Positions 1-10,793 of a DNA stretch of 64,000 nucleotides are shown here, piece after piece. The position numbers were made by a program, and so were the translations under genes. The stretch comes from Plasmodiophora brassicae. Taxonomy: Eukaryota. How positions within the stretch are numbered: the stretch's first letter is position 1; the number at the start of each line of letters is the position of its first letter. The notes under the pieces were generated by a model, which had not been told where the DNA came from, made no database searches, and was given only the letters and a program-made list of their open reading frames with translations. The stretch lies in the NCBI GenBank assembly GCA_036867785.1, contig CP145415.1, forward strand, positions 1,178,001-1,242,000. The letters run 5' to 3'.

Positions 1-287
1 CTGCCTGGAAAATAATCGAACATTCTGTCCTGTTGTCGAACGATCCGTCCCTAGCAGTCGAGCGAGACTCACCCCATCTGACGGAGGCTGACTTCCGGCT
101 GAACGGGTTATGGCACTTGCCATACGATGCGATGTCGTGCGGGTTCGTCGGGAGGAGGTAGCCTTCGACCTCAGCGACGCCAGGGTGCCATCGTCGCCAG
201 TAACGCCAAGGGATGCCCTGCGCGCGTACGGGAAGCCCTGGTTGCGGCGTTGTGCGTGCCGGCCGGGCGCCCGTGCTCACAACGATC

Positions 288-1538
288 ATGTCGAAGCCGT
301 TGCTAAACATAGCGGGGCGATTGCATCGGCGACGACGGCACTGCGAGTCGCGTGTGGCGATCATTGGCGCCGGATTGCCCGGCCTGGCCGCCGCCACACT
401 GCTACGACGTAATCTCAACTGCCGGGTCACCGTCTTCGAGCAGCATGCCGACGCCGACGACGCCGATCGACGCGCCGCCTTCGTGCATGGCAGCCGCGTC
501 TATGTGACACCGAGTACGTCGACCGAAACGCGCGCCCTGCTGCGTCTGACTGCTGTGCCAACAGGAATGCGACGCGCCCTGGAGAGCTGCGACATCGGCT
601 ACCGTCGCCACATCGTCGAGACGCGCCCGGCGACCTACCTGGACTGGGACGCCGTCGATATGTTCAGCGATGCCGATCGAGAGTACCGCGCCGAACGGGC
701 GCCCCAGATCGTCGCCCGCGCCATCGCCGCCGACCTCCGGCAGCGAATCGACGACGACGCGCTTCGGGTCCGATATGGCGTCCGAGTCGCTGCCGACGAC
801 CTCGTCGTCAACAGGGACCGGACGATCAGCGTGCTCGGCGACGATTACGACCTGCTGCTCGGGTGCGACGGCCGGCGATCGATCGTTCGCCCGCTGGTGA
901 CCCCGTTGCAACAAGCGGAACGGGACCCGTCGATGCGGCGCGTCATCTTCGACGTGCCCGTTGCCGCCTGCGAGGACGCCGTCAGCGAGGACATTGGGTT
1001 TGTCGGCAGCAAGATGGTCGTCCACGTGTCGCTGCTGGAGCACGACGGCCAGGATCGGCTGCGCGTGACGATGACGTTCCCGATCGGGTCGGCGGCGGCA
1101 CTCGGCGACCCGATCGACGCGTTCCGCAAGCGTGTCAAGATGTCGCAGTCGGCTGTGCTTCGTGGCATACCCGACCACGTTGACAATCGGACCCGGGTCG
1201 AGGTCCACAACCTTGTCGACCGCGACTGGCCCGTCATGACGTCGACGTTCTACTGGCCGATCGCGTTGCTGGGTGATGCGCTGCGCCAGATGGTCCCGTA
1301 CCACGACGAGCTGTCGTCGCTGGCGTTGGAGGACGCCGTCCAGGTCTGCAATGCGTACAGGCAGTCGTCGAGGCGCGACGTGCACGAATACTGGCAGGCG
1401 GTCGAACCGCCCGCTCGTGTCTGGATTGAGCAGGCGCGGTCCAACATGGAGTTCATGCATGCCAAGGCGGCCACTGACAAACTGGTCGAATTGCACGGCG
1501 CGCTGCTGGAATGCGCCGAATCGCCCCGGAACGTTTGA
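288..1538 (+). CDS. FAD-dependent monooxygenase, kynurenine 3-monooxygenase/UbiH-like, divergent
   Basis: Single ORF with Rossmann motif VAIIGAGLPGLAAA, DLLLGCDGRRS (DG motif) and IALLGDA (GD motif). ATG at 288 taken as the start. Confidence 0.75.
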   Translation: MSKPLLNIAGRLHRRRRHCESRVAIIGAGLPGLAAATLLRRNLNCRVTVFEQHADADDADRRAAFVHGSRVYVTPSTSTETRALLRLTAVPTGMRRALESCDIGYRRHIVETRPATYLDWDAVDMFSDADREYRAERAPQIVARAIAADLRQRIDDDALRVRYGVRVAADDLVVNRDRTISVLGDDYDLLLGCDGRRSIVRPLVTPLQQAERDPSMRRVIFDVPVAACEDAVSEDIGFVGSKMVVHVSLLEHDGQDRLRVTMTFPIGSAAALGDPIDAFRKRVKMSQSAVLRGIPDHVDNRTRVEVHNLVDRDWPVMTSTFYWPIALLGDALRQMVPYHDELSSLALEDAVQVCNAYRQSSRRDVHEYWQAVEPPARVWIEQARSNMEFMHAKAATDKLVELHGALLECAESPRNV

Positions 1539-1569
1539 CAACCTGTATACGCTTGTACATACATGACTG

Positions 1570-2456
1570 ATCGGCATCGCCGCGTTGTACCTGTCGTCTG
1601 AGGACGCCACGCCCGCCGCATCCCGGCACTGTTTGCCAAGGCTGGCTGGATGTGTTTCAAAGGTTCCTCGACGGTTGTCCGACGGCATACGCTGGCGACA
1701 GGATTCGGACGGCGGGGAAGGTTCCAGTAGAACAGTCGCAACGAACCCGGAACCAAGACGGGTTACCTGTCAAGGCACACGCGATCGTGCGCGTTTGCCA
1801 TGGATGCACGCTGTTGTTGACGTAGAAGCGGTTGCCATGCTTCCTATGCAGGCGTCTGGAGAGCAGCCAGCTCGCTCTGCGCGTACCAACCCCAGGAGCG
1901 CACGCGGCTTTCGTCGCCGATGGAATCAAATGGCAATGCCTTCCGGTTCCGATCGCCCGCCAGTGAGCCGCCCCATGACAGATTCACGATCAGCGAAAGC
2001 CCTGCCGTTGCCCTAGTCAACGTTTCGACACTGTTCGTCTGGAGCTGGGACTCGATGCCGTCCTTCGTGATCGCGAACGGTATACTGACGCAATACACGA
2101 AGACGCTCACACGTCGTTGATTTTAGGCTAGTCGAACCTGCGTCGCTGATGAGGCGGTCGAGCTGGCCATACGTGGCTCGGAAGGTATGAGCGGCACAGG
2201 CGACACTGGCCTGGATGAGCTGTACACTGGCGTTAGGAACGTTGTCAGCGCTGGTCATGGCGATCGCGTCGTTGGCCCTGGCCCCGGATGGCGCCCTGAT
2301 CATTGCAGATGCCGGCTTCCTCGCTAACGCCAGCGCCGTCGCGTACCCAAGGCCCGGGTCCGCACCCGTCACGAAGAACGCCTTGTTGGACGGATTCGCC
2401 AGGGCGTCCGGCGTGAAACCGGTCGGGTTCGACGGCCACACCGATGGCACCAACAT
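1570..2456 (-). pseudogene. Decayed tandem duplicate of the adjacent short-chain dehydrogenase/reductase
   Basis: Collinear similarity to 2670-3750 (NPTGFTPDA, FFVTGADPGLGY, PFAITKDGIESQ, FDSIGDE, WYAQSELA, FYVNNSVHP). It has deletions and frame changes, and the catalytic YxxxK Lys is lost (YAQSE). The low-coordinate boundary is approximate. Confidence 0.75.
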
Positions 2457-2669
2457 GCTATCGATCTACGAAGAACGACTAGTCGGGCATTTCGGTGGTG
2501 GGCGCAACGCTGGCCTACAACCGTCGAGCCGAGCGCATTGCTCGCAGCGGCCTGTGGGTATCCCCGAACGACAACGGGTCCACACGTTCAGTAATGGTCG
2601 GTTCAAGACGGGGCCAGGAGTCGGACAGAGCAGCGGGTTCGAAGTGAGTGGCCGAGTGCACCGACGCAA

Positions 2670-3750
2670 TCAGAGGCCTCGGTCACGGAGGGCTTTCTCG
2701 GTCCAGGCCCACAGGGCCTCAGCGAGCTTGTCGTCGGTGGCGACCTCACTCAAGTTCGTCGACTGGCGTGCGAGCGGTTCGAAATACTGATTCTTGATGC
2801 CGTTCTCAACGATGTCAGGTGAGGTGGCCACGTAGAGCGACGTCCAGGCGCCTTGGTCGGCACGAAGCGCCGCTAGTTTGAAGACCGAGAACACCAGGGA
2901 GACGACGGGTCGCATAAACGATCCCCATGCTGACACCGGGCCACGCATCAGCTCGGTCGAAACGAACCCTGTGTCACAACGGGGGTTACATCGCCGCCAC
3001 ACAAACAGGCCTAGGGTCGCATCATATCGCCTACCTGGATGCACGCTGTTAACATAGATACGACTGCCGTACCTCTTGTGCAGGCCTCGGGTGAAGAGAA
3101 TGTTCGCCAGCTTGCTCTGCCCGTAGCGGGCCCACGTACCCATCCGGTTCTCGTCGTTGATCGAATCAAAGACGATGCCCTCGGGTTTCGGGGCCCACCA
3201 GTGAGCGTCCGATGACAGGTTGACGATTCGTGGGCGCTCAGCACGTTCCAGCGCCGGCAACAACTCTCTCGTCAGCAGGAAATGCCCCACATGGTTTGTC
3301 TGGAACTGCGACTCGATGCCGTCCTTCGTGATCTCGAACGGTACCGCCATAATTCCTGCGAACGGTCGGCCGCGCGACGATTAGATCAGCGGGCAAATGG
3401 GGGGCACGCATTCGACCTGCGTTGTTGACGAGGCAGTCGAGCTTGTCGTGCCTGGTTCGGAACGTACGCGCCGCATCGGCAACAGTCTTGAGATCGGCCA
3501 GATCCATCTGGATGAACTCCACGTTGGCTTCCGGAACCTGCGCCTTGATACTGGCGATCGCATCGCGGGCCCTGGCCTCGGATCGCGCCCCGATGACGAC
3601 CGTTGCCGACTTCTTCGCCAACGCCAACGCCGTCTCGTAGCCAATGCCCGCGGTCGCACCGGTCACGAAGAACGTCTTGTTGGACAGATCCGGCAAGGAG
3701 GCGTCGGGCGAGAAACCGGTCGGGTTCCGTACCCACATCGACGACAACAT
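2670..3750 (-). CDS. Short-chain dehydrogenase/reductase (retinol dehydrogenase/WWOX-like), 2 introns
   Basis: Motifs VTGATAGIG, NNAG, FQTNHVGHF, YGQSKLAN, VHPG..V.TEL. Introns near 3358-3417 and 2971-3034. Confidence 0.92.
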
Positions 3751-3910
3751 GATGTTGCCAACCCTTTTTTTCGGTTCATCGTGATTCGTGACGCTCTCTC
3801 AGTTGGAGGAGAGCCAGGCAAAATGGAGACGTGTACCGTTCTACGTAATACTCCGTTTCATTTGAAGAGTCCGACCGTGCACTGTACTCCAGCCAGGATT
3901 AACGTCATAA

Positions 3911-4251
3911 GAGCATCTCCACCCGTTGTACCTAAACCTATACCTAAGCGGACTCATAGGGATCACCAAATTTACAGAAAAATGGGTGCTCCCCCCAGCG
4001 GTGCTCGGCGTCTCTAATTCTTTGAACGTGTGTCGCCGTGGAGTTGTCCGATCCGACGGCGTCCCACGCAATTCCGCTGCCGTTGGGCGCTACCTATACT
4101 CCGTGACAGATCTGCTCAGATCTGTGGTCCCGTTTAAAGACTCTACCTAAACGGTTAGGTATAGGTACAACGGGTGGGGAACGAATTCATTATCAAGTAT
4201 CTCTAAATCTACGGAAAAATTTAGGTTTAGGTACAACGGGTGGAGATGCTC
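3911..4251. mobile_element. MITE, PIF/Harbinger (Tourist-like), 341 bp
   Basis: Perfect 30-bp TIRs GAGCATCTCCACCCGTTGTACCTAAACCTA (3911-3940; reverse complement at 4222-4251), flanked by TAA at 3908-3910 and 4252-4254. An extra partial TIR-like copy lies at 4155-4180. No coding capacity. Confidence 0.9.
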
Positions 4252-4399
4252 TAAAGAGGCGTGTTTTTATAGAACTCTGTTTATAACTATACCAGACAGT
4301 TATCATTCCGGCGACATATGTCCCATGATATGGATGCGCTTCCAACTTATACCTTTCGCCGGTTGACGTCTGAGATTTCCAAAAATAGCCCACCCCTGC

Positions 4400-5434
4400 A
4401 GACGACTGGCCGAAATCGATACGGCGCCGTCGGCGCTGGACGTCTCGCTGTCAACGACCTTTCTGATGAAGGATGAGGGACTGATCCAGCACGTATACGG
4501 CACGGTGGGGCCAACGCTGACGTTTCAAAATGCGATCACGCGTCTTGCTCACTGTATCCAGATGCTGTCCGACGATCTGACGTGTTTCCAGCCGATGTTT
4601 GACTATGTACATGTAGACGAGAAGTACTTCTACATCTGCAAAGCCAAGCAAGGTTATTCCATCGTTCGGGGCGAGGCGACACCCGCGCGGTATGTTCAGA
4701 ATCGGCGCATTCTCAAGAAGGTCATGGTTCTCATGGCTGTGGCGAGGCCGCGATACGTCGTCGAGACGGGAGCGCTATTTGACGGTAAAATAGGGTGCTT
4801 CACGTTTACCGGTAGCGAACCAGCCAAACGATCCTCTCGCAACCGACCCAAAGAAACGCTGGTCATGAAGGCCACGGAATCCATCAACAGGAACGAGTAC
4901 GTCAGGGTAATGATGGAGAAGGTCATCCCTGCGATCACGCTGAAGTGGCCGCAGAGTTCCAAATCCATGCCCATCCGCGGTCAACATGATAATGCTCCTC
5001 CGCATTCACGTATCGATCGAGATGAAGCGATTGCCCGAGCGGCATCGTCCGACGGCTGGAACATATCGGTATGACCTCAACCCCCTCAATTCCCCCGACC
5101 TGAACATTCTTGATCTTGGGTTGTTTGCGGCTAGTCAGGCTCGCCAGCTTCGGAAGCCGGCCAAATCAATTGATGACATGGTCGCGAATATCGAAGCAGC
5201 GTCCAACGATATTGAGTGGCAAACAATCGGTGACTAATTATGCCTGTCCCTACAGAAGACAATGGAAGCTTGCTTGGTCCATGGGAACGCCTTCAAACCA
5301 CCACACATGCACAAAGCGCACCTGCGACGACACAATATGCTTCCGATCGCTATCCACTGCGACACATCAGCGCTCCGCAATGCCAAGCGAAAGATTAGCA
5401 AGGCCGTGTGGGAGGACTCGATATCTCATGGGAA
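4400..5434 (+). mobile_element. Degenerate Tc1/mariner transposase (plant/oomycete mariner-like, DD39D-type)
   Basis: Motifs VHVDEKYFY, KVMVLMAVARPRY, FDGKIGCF, QHDNAPPH, NSPDLNILDLGLF. In-frame TGA at 5072-5074 plus a +1 frameshift before NSPD, and further stops downstream. Confidence 0.9.
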
Positions 5435-5626
5435 GCCTTCCATGCATTCCCATGAGATATCCCCCACACGGCCTTGCTGATCTTTCGCTTGGCATTGCGG
5501 AGCGCTGATGTGTCGCAGTGGATAGCGATCGGAAGCATATTGTGTCGTCGCAGGTGGGCTTTGTGCATGTGTGGTGGTTTGAAGGCGTTCCCACCCCCAT
5601 GGACCACGCAAGCTTCCATTGTCTTC
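5255..5626. repeat. Long inverted repeat (fold-back) of the transposase 3' end
   Basis: 5255-5434 is the near-perfect reverse complement of 5447-5626, apart from two small indels and a few mismatches. The spacer is 12 nt (GCCTTCCATGCA). Confidence 0.95.
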
Positions 5627-6255
5627 CAGTCCCCAGGAGGCCATGAGCCCATGTCCCATGGGCCATGACCCTGCCAGCCCGTATGCACACTCGGCACGAC
5701 CGTATTTGTCATCGACGACCTTGATGCTTCATTTATCGCCTGCTCAGGACCGGACCAGTTAGTCACAATTGGCCGGTGCACGATTTCCGTGAATTTCCGT
5801 GGGTAATCGACGAATTGTGGGGAAACTCGGTCTGATCGGGGATTCGAGAATGCGTCCTACGACGCTGCGGCACAAAGGCCCGGATCTCAGCATCAAATGG
5901 GCAATGTCAGTATTGAACGGTGGTATCGAAACAGGGCACCTTACCGTGAGTCCGCTCACCGCGGCGGCGTCCAGGACGAGGTAAATGGGTTCGCCTGAGG
6001 CTTGTTCATGACAAATAGGCTATCGACGTCCATCGTTACGAAGCGCCAACGTGGAAGGGGGCAAGGCGGCGGACGTTTGACTCATCGTCCACCAGGTGAA
6101 ACGAAGCGTGCGTCCTGTGGCACTGTTGGGAAAACGACACCAACTGTCTACATAGGTAGCGACACTACATGCGAGCGATAAGGTCGCCGGGTACCACACC
6201 TGCTTGCGAACTAGTAGTAGGTGGCTAAACTAGATCCGCGATCACGTCGGTGGCC

Positions 6256-8135
6256 ATGGACGACGACGGCGCCGATCCCGACCAGAGCACGGACGTGCTG
6301 GCGCTGGCCGAGAGCGTTATTGCCGCCATCGGGGACCCTGATTCGCGAGCGTCGCAGGACGCCGACGAATGTGGCGAGTCGGATCCTGGAACAGAAACGC
6401 TGGAGCTGGCCGAAAGTGTCATTGCTGCTCTCAGTAGATCTGGCTCGCAACTGTCGCAGGGTGCCGCCGATGAATACGTCGAATCGGATTCGCGAACAGG
6501 TCTGCTGGTGACCGCTGGACCTGCTGTTGCTGCCGTCGGTGAGACTGATTCCCAAGCGTCCCTCGACGCCGAATCCCCGCGGCTGACCTGCTCCCCGACG
6601 CTCATGGACGGTCAATCAGGGTGTCCCGTTGATGACAGTAGCAACGACCATATTGAGCAGGAGATGCTGGCATCAGCAGAGACTGTCATTGCATCGGCGA
6701 ATGCCGCGGGCGACGACCGATCCGATGACGATGGCGAAACCGCTGCTGTTGACCCGTCTACGTTCGAGCCGAGGCCGGCACTTCCTGAGCACGCTCATCC
6801 ACCGGCAGACGGCACGGCACCCGGTTCCCCTAGCAACGAGACTGGGCATCAACCTGCAGCATCGTCGGGCGAAGGAGCAGCGGACGACCATCAGCAATGC
6901 AAGGAGCACGTTCGACATATTGGAGAACCGGAACCCGACCGCGACGGTTAGCGGCTGCTCTTTCGACAGGTACTGCCCCCGTGTCGTCGCTAACGCGATA
7001 CGTGTTGCACAGAGCGGGCAGGCACAAGGAGAAGGAGTGCAAAGATAGACGGCACAGGACGACGGCACCACCGGCGGGGTCGTCGTGCCTGGTCGCCTGC
7101 TGGCAGGCCGGCTCACAACGATGGCCCAGGAGGGACGCATCGAAGTTGGACCAACCTACTGGACGCGTCATGGACCAGGTTGCCGTTCCTGGCGTCGTGG
7201 GAGACACCCGACTGCACCGGTAAGGCGGACGACAGGAAAGCGATACCCATGGCGTTCGTGACGTCCAGTCTGGCGATGCCGACGATGACGACGGCGTCGC
7301 TACAGAAAGCCAGCGTCATTGTCGACCGGTTGCTCCAGGCGGGTAAACTTCGCCAGCAGCGCCTGGATCAGGCAACGCGACGGTACCATGAGCAGCAGGA
7401 TCGTCGCGAACGAGAACAGTGTACGTTTCGACCTCGGATCCCCCGACCGCCGCGACGGTCGATCAGCAGCGTCCCTGTTCCGGACGAGCACGTCGAGAAG
7501 GAGATCTTCGACCATCTCGACGAGACGCTGCAGAAGGACGCAACGGCGAAAGCGTCAAAGAACGCTGCCGTTTCGTCCGTGTTCGCCCGGCTGCATCAGG
7601 CGGCACAGGATCGGCAGACGCGTCAGAGGAGGAAGGCGGAGCGGGTCGCCCAGGAGACGCAGAAGGCGGAGATGACCGAGTGCACGTTCCGCCCATCACT
7701 GAACAAGTGGCCCGTACCGATCGCCAAGGAGGACGTCAGCGTGCGCCTGTTCCAGGACGCCGAGAAGCGCGAACAGTTCATCCAGAGCGTTCGCGACGAA
7801 CTGGACCCGCTGCAGGAGATAACGTTCCAGCCGACGATCAACCAGAGGAGCAAGCGCCTGGCGATGAAGAAGATGTCGGCCAATGGCGCGGCTGCCCCGC
7901 GCGTGTTCGAGCGGCTGTACAACGCGAAGCAACGCGATCTGGGCAGATTCGCCAATCGCCGTCCGTGCTGGATATAGAGGAATTTATGACCGACCGGTGC
8001 GCGCGCGCGCGCCTGATGCATAGCCGCGTGCTAGACGAGGACCAGGTCGTGTTCACTCGTGGCCGTCGGGCGTGGCGAGCTCCGGGTTGTGGTAGACCGA
8101 CGCGGCAACTTCCCACTCGGGATCTCCCGACGTGA
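6256..8135 (+). CDS. Hypothetical protein: acidic N-terminal repeats plus C-terminal (E)CTFxP repeats, probably cytoskeleton-associated
   Basis: Intron 6948-7012 joins ORF 6250 in frame to ORF 7180. Repeats LAESVIAA (x3), CTFRPRI/CTFRPSLN/ITFQPTIN and VFARL/VFERLY. The stop is at 7977 if unspliced or at 8135 via intron 7961-8034. Confidence 0.65.
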
Positions 8136-8547
8136 TCTCCCTCTCGTACTCGACAGCCTTCTCCTTCGCCCGCAGATAACTATAGGGAACAGCGACCGTA
8201 TACCGTCAAGCCACGATGGGCACAGGCGCACGTGACGAACCGTAGGTCTTCATCCGCCTGGAGCAAGGGCGTCACCACCAGTTTAGCGCGATGGTCCACG
8301 AACTTGATGTCGCTACCGACACAGACACTGCTTGAAACAGGACCGACGATCACGGAGCCATCCCATAGTACCGCCACTGGTGGTTGCGGTACACCTGCCC
8401 GATCAGGCCCAGGAAGAACGTGCCGATGCCGATCGCCCACCATCCCTTGCCGGACGGGCCCCACTTCGGCATGGTCCGCACGAACCGCCCCGGCGAGAAC
8501 CCGCCGGCGGGCGGCATGTCCTGGTGATACGCAGGCGGATTCGACAT
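8053..8547 (-). CDS. NDUFA13: NADH dehydrogenase 1 alpha subcomplex subunit 13 (GRIM-19/B16.6)
   Basis: QDMPPAGGF...MPKWGPSG, a TM segment, PLLQADEDLR and PEWEVAASVYH after removing two GT-AG introns. Confidence 0.9.
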
Positions 8548-8767
8548 CGCGTCGCCTGTCTCCGTCCCTCCCACACCCGTTCGTCGACGACACACACACA
8601 GGCCGAAATCGTTCCCCAGACACCGAGGCGGATACCGCGACGACGAGGGGGGGTACCGTGTCCCAGCGGCGGCAGCTACAAAAAAACGCCCAGGAAATGG
8701 ACGTTGTTTTTTGACGTGCGCTTGCTCAGTGCCGCTGTGCGTTGCCGCAAGGCAACAACAACACCAG

Positions 8768-10543
8768 ATGGTGCGCGTCCAGCTGTACCTGTACGACCTG
8801 TCGCAGGTACCTACTGCTGTCGATTCGTGCCGCTGTGTGGAACAGCTGACCAGGAGTGCGACAGGGCATGGCGCGGCAAATGTCCCCGATGCTCCTTGGC
8901 CGGGAGATTGAGGGCATATGGCATTCCGGGGTCGTCGTCTACGACCGCGAGTGCGTATGCGAGGCGCGGGTGTCGGGGGGCGATGAATAACGATGATGTG
9001 GTATGTGTGCGCAGGTATTTCTACGGGGGCGGGATACAGAGCGCTCGCCCGGGCATGACTGTCGCCGGGCGCCCCTTGCGCATCATCGACCTGGGCGAGA
9101 CGAGCGTCCCGCCGGATCTGCTGAACGAGTTCCTGCGCGAGGTTTCCCATCGGTTCACGCCGGAGACCTACAACCTGTTCAGGCACAATTGCAACACGTT
9201 CGGTATGGCGAGCGTCCGATACGGCGGCACATGTCAACGGAGCTGGGTTGTGCAGCGAACGAGCTGTCGCTGTTCCTGACCGGGTCGCCGATTCCCAGTT
9301 ACATCACTGGGCTGCCTGATGAAGTTCTCAGCACACCAATGGGTAGGGTTGGGGGCGCCAACCTTCTGCTCGTTGGATTCTTACGCGTCCAACTACGTAG
9401 GCGCGTCGCTAATCCCGCTCATTGAGGGGTTCGAAAGGTCACTGCGCGCCGAGGGCGGTGGCAATGGGTTCGTGCCATGGCAGGAATCGCAACAGGCGTC
9501 GGTTGCCCCGGTAGCACAGCCTTCTGGTGGTGCTGGTCCGAAATCCCCTGTCGCTGCTGCTCCCACGTCGCCAGTCACGGCGGCCGAACCAACGTCGGCG
9601 ACAGACTCGTCAGCATCCTGTTGTCGCTCGGTCTGAATGCTTCTCGTTCCACAGCGACTCCTGTCCCGTTCGCCCCGACCCCTTCCGGAACAAACATCTC
9701 CAGCACATCAACACGGGTAGCGCGCCACTTACATCGGTCGACAAGAACGCGTCCACGTTCCTTACACAGATCACGCCGCTTCTCAGAGAACCAGAAAAGG
9801 CGGCAATGGCCAAACTCGTTGCGGCACTGAACGATGGAAGTCAAGGGCCGCCCCCAGACTGCATTGCGATCTTCGCCCGCCTGATCACAGAAACACCGGC
9901 GAAGAAAGCATTCTCGGTGCTGGCTCTGTTCCGCTTGGCGATGCACGTCCGTCCGTTGGCTGAGGTTGTCCTGAAGCGGAACCAGGGACTCATTCTTCAG
10001 ATGCTGGTTCGTTATCACGTAAGAGCCTTACACGTACGTTGGCTTATCGATGGTGAATGGCAGGAGCGGACAATGTCGGAGGCGTCAGACGCTCCCATGT
10101 CGGTGCAAATCATGGCCCTGTGCGCGTTATCGAACGTACTTGCTCACGGCAGCGTCTCGCACGACCTTGCACTGAACCCGCACATCATCGAATACGCGAC
10201 CCGTGCCGTCCGGTCAAAGATGAACCCTGTGCGAATGATGGGCGCGACGGTCATGTACAACTGCGCCTTACAATTGCACTACGATTCGGCCGATGCGCAG
10301 GATCGCGACGACGTATCCGTGCAGATGATCTCCGCCCTGCACGAAGCACTTGTAACGGAATCGGACGGACCCAGCCGATACCGAATGCTGCTGGCTCTCG
10401 GCCATCTCGTCTTCTTCATGGGCCACGAAGGCGTCATGCTGCTGTCCGCCCTGGAATTCAACGCCGACGCCTTCCGAGAGCCCGCGAACGCCGCCGCTGT
10501 CGCCCAGGACATCCAGGCGCTCCTCGCGGACAACGACGGGTAA
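8768..10543 (+). CDS. Desumoylating isopeptidase (PPPDE/DeSI-1) fused to a C-terminal PUL-like helical domain
   Basis: VQLYLYDLSQGMARQMS, GIWHSGVVV (catalytic His), YNLFRHNCNTF (catalytic Cys), YITGLP.EVLSTPMG. A C-terminal ARM-like region ends YRMLLALGHL. Confidence 0.88.
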
Positions 10544-10793
10544 CCATCGACGTTCATACAGCTGTGTGGACGTTGCTCCTGCTTCCCGTGCTGCGTTACG
10601 TACGCCTTCGAAGGTGCCGGCGAGCCGATCGCGCTGGTCGGTTCGGTGGACCAGTCGGCGGATCAATGCGGGCGCCCGTTACGGGGCCCGGCGTTCGTTC
10701 TGCGCGACGCAGTGCGCGACGCGCGAACAGCGGTTTCGTCGCCCAGACACGCGACAGGTTCGTGGGGCATCATCGCCGGTCCACGTCCGCACC

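Noticed and set aside
5630-6200. Possible gene or second transposon end after the fold-back
   Set aside because: Only short ORFs, and no TIR pair could be matched to the mariner remnant.
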